From Minisyncoccia bacterium (lineage in GTDB: Bacteria; Patescibacteriota; Minisyncoccia; Phycocordibacterales; UBA9973), in assembly GCA_038244685.1 (NCBI GenBank), contig JBBRTD010000004.1:1-48797 (forward strand): 48,797 bases of DNA. Reading direction: 5' to 3'. The translations under genes and the position numbers were made by a program. The stretch's first letter is position 1, and every line of letters starts with the position of its first letter. Of this stretch, positions 44,324 through 48,797 are shown one piece after another. The notes beneath the pieces are model-generated. The model made no database searches. It saw nothing but the letters and a program-made list of their open reading frames with translations, and was not told where the DNA came from.

Positions 44324-45829
44324 CTAGTCAATCAAACTCTTCCCCGTCATAGATTCTGGCTTTTTAATACCTAAAATTTCAAAAATAGTTGGGGTGATGT
44401 CTGCAAGAGTTCCTTTGTGTAAAGTTCCAGTCATGTTCGTTAAAATAAATGGCACAGGATCTGTCGTATGAGATGTATGTCTCTCTCCTGTCTCTTGGTC
44501 AATATTTATTTCAGCATTGCCATGGTCGGCTGTTATACAAGCTGTCCCACCATTTGCATGAAGAGCTTCTAGAACTCTTCCAAGCTGTTTATCTATTTCT
44601 TCTACTCCTTCTATAATTGCTGGAACATTTGCAGTGTGTCCTACCATATCAGCATTAGCAAAATTTATAAATAAAAAGTCTGTGCCTTTTTTAATTTGTT
44701 CTATAACCTTACCAGCAATTGCTTCTGCCATCATCTTTGGAGCAAGGTCATGAGTTAGAATATCCTTACGACTTGGAACAAGTATATACTCCTCTCCTTC
44801 ATATGGTTTCTCTACACCACCATCTAAGAAATATGTTGCATGTGCAAACTTCTCAGTCTCAGTGATATGAGCTTGAGTTAGGTGAGCCAATGATAACTCT
44901 CTAGCTAGTGTTGTATCAATTTTAATTGAAGGAAAGGCAACTGAGCATTTATAGTCTGTTCCATAATCAGTCATAGTCACTAATTTAAGGTTTAGACTTC
45001 CGGAAATTTCAATAATCTTATGAGTAAGCATGCGTGCTCTATCGGCTCTAAAATTGAAAAAGAATATTCCATCGTTTTTTTCTATCAAATGCTTTTTCCC
45101 TTCCTTATCTAAACACAAAAATGGATTAATGTGTTCATCAACAACTCCATCTTTATATAAATTTTCAACGAAAGTACTAGGAAGAATATCACAAGTGTTA
45201 CCTTCTCCCTTAAAAATTATTTCTTCTACTTTTAACAATCTATCCCAATTATTATCTCTATCCATTGCATATAAACGTCCTGAAACTGAAGTGATGAATC
45301 CCACTCCTAAGTTTATAATTACTTCTTCTAATTTTTTAATATAGGCAGATGCACTCTGAGGTGGAACATCGCGCCCATCGGTAAAGACGTGGATTGCAAT
45401 TTTATTTATTCCTGCCTCTTTTGCAATTTTAAGAAAAGCGAATAAATGCTCCATATGACTATGCACTCCACCAGGAGAAAGAAGACCCATTACATGAAGA
45501 GTCGCATCATTCTTTTTTATATGGTCAAAAAGCTCCAAGAAAGCAGGATTTTTTGCGAAGTCGCCATTTAGTACTGCTTTATCAATTCTTACCAAATCTT
45601 GATCCAAAGGTCTACCCGCCCCGATTGTCATATGCCCTACTTCACTATTCCCCATTTGACCACTAGGTAGCCCTACAGCGAAAGCAGACGCATCTAATGT
45701 CGTATGTGGATACTTACTCCAAATGTTATCAAAATTAGGTTTATGGGCAGCTGCGATGGCATTATCTTTCGTATCTTCTCTATAGCCCCAACCATCAAGG
45801 ACAATCAATGCAATTTGTTTCTTATTCAT
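44324..45829 (-). CDS. gpmI: 2,3-bisphosphoglycerate-independent phosphoglycerate mutase
   Basis: It has LIVLDGWG, MGNSEVGH and ADHGNAE motifs. I start it at the ATG at 45829 (MNKKQIALIVLDGWG). Confidence 0.94.
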   Translation of the reverse strand: MNKKQIALIVLDGWGYREDTKDNAIAAAHKPNFDNIWSKYPHTTLDASAFAVGLPSGQMGNSEVGHMTIGAGRPLDQDLVRIDKAVLNGDFAKNPAFLELFDHIKKNDATLHVMGLLSPGGVHSHMEHLFAFLKIAKEAGINKIAIHVFTDGRDVPPQSASAYIKKLEEVIINLGVGFITSVSGRLYAMDRDNNWDRLLKVEEIIFKGEGNTCDILPSTFVENLYKDGVVDEHINPFLCLDKEGKKHLIEKNDGIFFFNFRADRARMLTHKIIEISGSLNLKLVTMTDYGTDYKCSVAFPSIKIDTTLARELSLAHLTQAHITETEKFAHATYFLDGGVEKPYEGEEYILVPSRKDILTHDLAPKMMAEAIAGKVIEQIKKGTDFLFINFANADMVGHTANVPAIIEGVEEIDKQLGRVLEALHANGGTACITADHGNAEINIDQETGERHTSHTTDPVPFILTNMTGTLHKGTLADITPTIFEILGIKKPESMTGKSLID

Positions 45830-45940
45830 AGGGATTATTATATCATAAAAGTTTGGCATTATTAATTTATAATATACCATTAATCTATTGATAAAATTTG
45901 TATTTTTGAATATAAATGTTATACTAACCTTGTTAATTTT

Positions 45941-46012
45941 GGCCTTATCGTCTAACGGTTAGGACATCGGCTTTTCAAGCCGGTAATCTGGGTTCAATTC
46001 CCAGTAGGGTCA
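45941..46012 (+). tRNA. tRNA-Glu (anticodon TTC)
   Basis: A manual fold fits GGCCTTA/TAGGGTC acceptor (two G-U pairs), GTCTAACGGTTAGGAC D-arm, CGGC-TTTTCAA-GCCG anticodon arm and CTGGG-TTCAATT-CCCAG T-arm. Confidence 0.88.
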
Positions 46013-46065
46013 CAAAAGCGCGAATTCAAAAAGACTGGACTTCTCCAGTCTTTTTCGCTTTTGTG
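46011..46065 (+). terminator. compound hairpin and terminator immediately 3' of tRNA-Glu
   Basis: The outer helix is cacaaaagcg (46011-46020) / cgcttttgtg (46056-46065). The inner helix is aagactgga (46031-46039) / tccagtctt (46044-46052) with a T-run. Confidence 0.75.
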
Positions 46066-46068
46066 AAA

Positions 46069-46120
46069 GCGCAGGCATAATTTTTCAGTAGAAAAATTGC
46101 CGAGCTGGGGTCGCGAACAC
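46069..46120. repeat. GC-rich structured module, subfamily 2, copy D
   Basis: The sequence is gcgcaggcataatttttcagtagaaaaattgccgagctggggtcgcgaacac. About 40 of 55 positions are identical to copy E. Confidence 0.8.
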
Positions 46121-46305
46121 TTACATATTTTATGAGTAATCGAAATAAAATATTTAGTGATTTGTGACCTCCAGTGACCTTTAATTTAATGACAAATAAG
46201 TGTATTCACGATCCCAATAGGGTCATGGAAAAATTATATTAAAAAAACCATATTAATCTCTTAATATGGTTTTTTAAACATTAAATACAGAACAATTTAC
46301 ACCAA

Positions 46306-46650
46306 CTACTTAAATCCAAGTATATTTCTTTCAGCTTGTGACAATTTAGATAAAGCTTTTTCTCTTAATTTCACTACTTCTTCTTCGTCATTTAAAATAG
46401 TTATAGTACCACCATCGGTAATTAGATAATAATCGACTTCATTTGTAAAAACTAATACTCCAGAAGTTTTTGTAGTGCTTGCATCCACCTGACTATCAGC
46501 AAAAGCTGAAGCAATGTTAGGATCCTTCAAATATCCAACCACACTTGATTTTCTTCCATCAAAATCAGTATGGTAAACTTCGTACATCATGACAAAGGTG
46601 AATGATGATAAATTTTGTCCAATCAAGGACTTAAGTTCTTTTTTATCCAT
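46306..46650 (-). CDS. hypothetical protein
   Basis: 114-aa ORF with clean boundaries. I recognise no motif. Confidence 0.5.
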   Translation of the reverse strand: MDKKELKSLIGQNLSSFTFVMMYEVYHTDFDGRKSSVVGYLKDPNIASAFADSQVDASTTKTSGVLVFTNEVDYYLITDGGTITILNDEEEVVKLREKALSKLSQAERNILGFK

Positions 46651-46723
46651 AACGCTTAAATTTAAAATGTGAATTTTTTCTTTACATTACATCTAATTAG
46701 CCATTTTGTCAATCCACAGATCT

Positions 46724-46780
46724 AAATCCTCTTACCCCCGCAAAAAAGGCGACTCTAATTTTGTCGCACTTGGGTCACAT
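46724..46780 (+). repeat. cassette-boundary direct repeat X1
   Basis: The sequence is aaatcctcttacccccgcaaaaaaggcgactctaattttgtcgcacttgggtcacat. It shares both ends with X2 and X3. Confidence 0.65.
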
Positions 46781-46865
46781 AATTTTTAACACCTATTTCA
46801 TATAGGTATTTTGTAATGACCCAATAAGATATTTTTATGATTTGGAATCTGATATAATAATGCAC

Positions 46866-47384
46866 ATGATATATAAAAGAATAATAATTCTAGGAGGTAG
46901 CGGTTCCGGAAAATCTACCTTAGCGAATAGAATTAGTTTGTATACAGGTTATCCTATTCATCATCTAGATAATATACTTTTAAATTCAGATTGGTCTCAA
47001 AAAGAAAAAAGTGAATGGTTAAATATCTGTAAAAAAGAATTTCTTTCCGAAGATACTGGTGTTATAGATGGTAATTATTCGTCTGTGCTTAATGAAAGAA
47101 TAGAATGGGCAGATTTAATAATTTTTATAAACGTGCCAACTCTTCGCCATCTGTTTAATATATTTAAAAGATCACTTTTGGTTAATCTAGGATTAGAGAA
47201 AAGATATGGAATGGAAAAAGGAAGAAAAGATACAGTCGATTTAAAATTTTTTAAGTGGGTATTAAATTGGAATAGAGGTCATAAAAAGGAAATGCTAAAC
47301 TTATTGGGATCAATAAAAAACAAGAGAATTATTGTAACAAATAGTCCTAGAAAGTTAAACATTGAAAAGCTACTAAATGAGTAA
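46866..47384 (+). CDS. P-loop NTPase, adenylate-kinase/topology-modulation (FlaR-like) family
   Basis: It begins MIYKRIIILGGSGSGKSTLANRIS (Walker A). I start it at the ATG at 46866. The track start at 46842 is a TTG, and an ATG at 46860 is also possible. Confidence 0.7.
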   Translation: MIYKRIIILGGSGSGKSTLANRISLYTGYPIHHLDNILLNSDWSQKEKSEWLNICKKEFLSEDTGVIDGNYSSVLNERIEWADLIIFINVPTLRHLFNIFKRSLLVNLGLEKRYGMEKGRKDTVDLKFFKWVLNWNRGHKKEMLNLLGSIKNKRIIVTNSPRKLNIEKLLNE

Positions 47385-47423
47385 GAATATAATTAGCAAA
47401 CAAAATTAGGATTATATTTCCAC

Positions 47424-47479
47424 AAATACCCTTATCTTCTCCATAATTTAATTCCTATTTTGTCGTAATTGAGTCACAT
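47424..47479 (+). repeat. cassette-boundary direct repeat X2
   Basis: The sequence is aaatacccttatcttctccataatttaattcctattttgtcgtaattgagtcacat. Its first 42 nt are 33/42 identical to X3 with no gaps. Confidence 0.75.
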
Positions 47480-47507
47480 TGACAAAACACAATATTTATA
47501 CTATAGT
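47479..47507 (+). promoter_or_regulatory. sigma-70-type promoter candidate for the 101-aa ORF
   Basis: TTGACA (47479-47484) is followed by a 17-nt spacer and then TATAGT (47502-47507). Confidence 0.55.
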
Positions 47508-47591
47508 ATAAATAAGACTGAGTTATTCAGCAACGTATTTGAAGAATCGTATGTCTTCAAGATTGCTCTTTATATTTATAAATTTACCGTT

Positions 47592-47897
47592 ATGGCAAAA
47601 AAATTACCAGAAGGCCAATTCCAGATTACTGATGGACCTTCAAAATTTGATTTAATGTCTAGCCTATTTGATGGCAAGATAGTAAAAATAACTTGTGATT
47701 TATCAGGTCAAGAGACAAAAATTAAAATTTGTCCAAAGATTGAAGTTGTATTTATTATTATTGGAATGGAAGATGGTTCTCGTGAATCATGGTTTGGAGA
47801 AGTTAATTTCTCTGATTATAATTATGAACATGGGCGTCGCAGGTTCTACTACAACACCAAACGAAGAACAGGACACATAAGAGAGCTTATAAAATAA
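47592..47897 (+). CDS. hypothetical protein
   Basis: I start this 101-aa ORF at the ATG at 47592 (MAKKLPEGQF...). The track's TTG start at 47469 would place the promoter candidate inside the gene. A terminator follows. Confidence 0.5.
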   Translation: MAKKLPEGQFQITDGPSKFDLMSSLFDGKIVKITCDLSGQETKIKICPKIEVVFIIIGMEDGSRESWFGEVNFSDYNYEHGRRRFYYNTKRRTGHIRELIK

Positions 47898-47917
47898 CTC
47901 CTTATAAAGTATCAATT

Positions 47918-47947
47918 GAAGCATTCAGAAATGGATGCTTCTTTTTT
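47918..47947 (+). terminator. intrinsic terminator
   Basis: The stem gaagcat (47918-47924) pairs with atgcttc (47935-47941) and is followed by tttttt. Confidence 0.75.
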
Positions 47948-47958
47948 ATTTAACTCCC

Positions 47959-48000
47959 AAATCCCCTTATCTCCCCTACAATCTAGGTCCAATTTTGTCG
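47959..48000 (+). repeat. cassette-boundary direct repeat X3
   Basis: The sequence is aaatccccttatctcccctacaatctaggtccaattttgtcg. Confidence 0.75.
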
Positions 48001-48010
48001 AACTTTTTAG

Positions 48011-48068
48011 AAGTACATACATAATTTTTCGGTAGAAAAATCACCGAGCTGAAATCGCGAGTACTTAC
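48011..48068. repeat. GC-rich structured module, subfamily 2, copy E
   Basis: The sequence is aagtacatacataatttttcggtagaaaaatcaccgagctgaaatcgcgagtacttac. The closing helix is aagtac/gtactt. Confidence 0.8.
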
Positions 48069-48151
48069 GCAAAAGCTGAGTATCTAAAAAAAATTATTAA
48101 TATGTAACATATATAATAACGTTACATGCCGTGCTATATCATCATATTATT

Positions 48152-48186
48152 AAAAAAGTGCCAACATCTTTTTGATGCCAGCACTT
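48152..48186 (-). terminator. intrinsic terminator after the 170-aa ORF
   Basis: The helices are aagtgc/gcactt and catc/gatg. The A-run on the plus strand gives a U-tract on the minus strand. Confidence 0.65.
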
Positions 48187-48208
48187 CAATATAAATTGAT
48201 ATTTTTCT

Positions 48209-48721
48209 TTATTCAACTACAACAAGAATATAATGACGATGGTCATAAAAAAAATCTCCGTTTACTTTATGAATGTTGAGAATACGGTCAACACCACAAA
48301 CTCCCAAACTAACTGCAATACTATCTGCACCAAATATACGATTACGATACCAAAGCGAACCAATACACAATATTTGTTCCTGATATTGAAAAAGTGGATG
48401 ACTTTTTCCAAAAGTTAATAGTTCAGCTAAATTCGCAAGTCTATTACCTTTTTTGTAAATTGACTGAATTACACGATCAAAACAATGATATGTACCAAAT
48501 TGTTCTTCAGATTTAATAATCGATGCTATTACACGAACAATGTCGTCAGTTTGCCCAAATGGTTTTATTACTGGAAAATTAGTAGAATTAATACTATTGT
48601 CTCCGTATTCATAGTGACCATCCTTTATCATTTCATCAAGAGATTTACTGTAATCAACAGTCAAATCGAATTCCATCTCTGTATTGAAAATTTTAGATTT
48701 TAATTTCTCTTCTGTTTTCAT
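48209..48721 (-). CDS. hypothetical protein
   Basis: 170-aa ORF with no recognisable motif. Confidence 0.5.
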   Translation of the reverse strand: MKTEEKLKSKIFNTEMEFDLTVDYSKSLDEMIKDGHYEYGDNSINSTNFPVIKPFGQTDDIVRVIASIIKSEEQFGTYHCFDRVIQSIYKKGNRLANLAELLTFGKSHPLFQYQEQILCIGSLWYRNRIFGADSIAVSLGVCGVDRILNIHKVNGDFFYDHRHYILVVVE

Positions 48722-48797
48722 AATATAGTTTTTAATGAGCTAAGCTCGGTTTATGTGAATTTTTCTTCACTTTACAATATATTAGTCCTTCTGGCAA

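Noticed and set aside
46724-48068. A CRISPR array formed by the X repeats or the D/E modules.
   Set aside because: The repeats are 535-700 nt apart and separated by full ORFs with terminators. Only three imperfect copies are present, and there are no cas genes in the window.
1-48797. An alternative genetic code (UGA recoding, as in some CPR lineages).
   Set aside because: All recognisable housekeeping genes translate full-length with the standard table and end at the expected positions, so there is no evidence for in-frame UGA read-through.

Overview
This is an AT-rich, gene-dense bacterial window with short intergenic spacers, and most genes lie on the minus strand. The gene content suggests a reduced-genome Patescibacteria/CPR-type organism: a truncated AlaRS, a sigma-region-4/HARE-HTH protein, and many orphan single-pass membrane proteins. 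That assignment is an inference, since no marker phylogeny is possible here. Most of the window is housekeeping. It holds lysC-asd, dnaK-dnaJ and grpE, and a ribosomal block (infA-rpmJ-rpsM-rpsK-rpsD-rpoA-rplQ, then rplM-rpsI). It also holds alaS, mnmA, mltG, typA, rseP, frr, holB, mreB, priA, rpsU, ybeY, ftsA-ftsZ, trxB, gpmI and three tRNAs. Five things are not explained by ordinary annotation. (1) A 1494-aa tail-fibre-like secreted protein sits inside the grpE/dnaK locus, with an internal 520-aa-period duplication and an endosialidase-type (S74) intramolecular chaperone domain. (2) A family of GC-rich ~55-65-nt structured modules occurs in at least five copies, with compensatory base-pair changes. 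Three copies sit at the apex of long AT-rich terminator-like hairpins, and two of those bracket trxB. (3) A repeat-dense accessory islet follows tRNA-Glu, with a duplicated tRNA 3' end and 42-nt direct repeats bounding small orphan genes. (4) Four 9-mers with an exact 16-nt period lie upstream of tRNA-Ser. (5) A perfect 10-bp inverted repeat covers the dnaK -35 box next to a divergent PaaX-like regulator, in a locus with no hrcA or CIRCE. No CRISPR array, transposase, integrase, reverse transcriptase or rRNA was seen.
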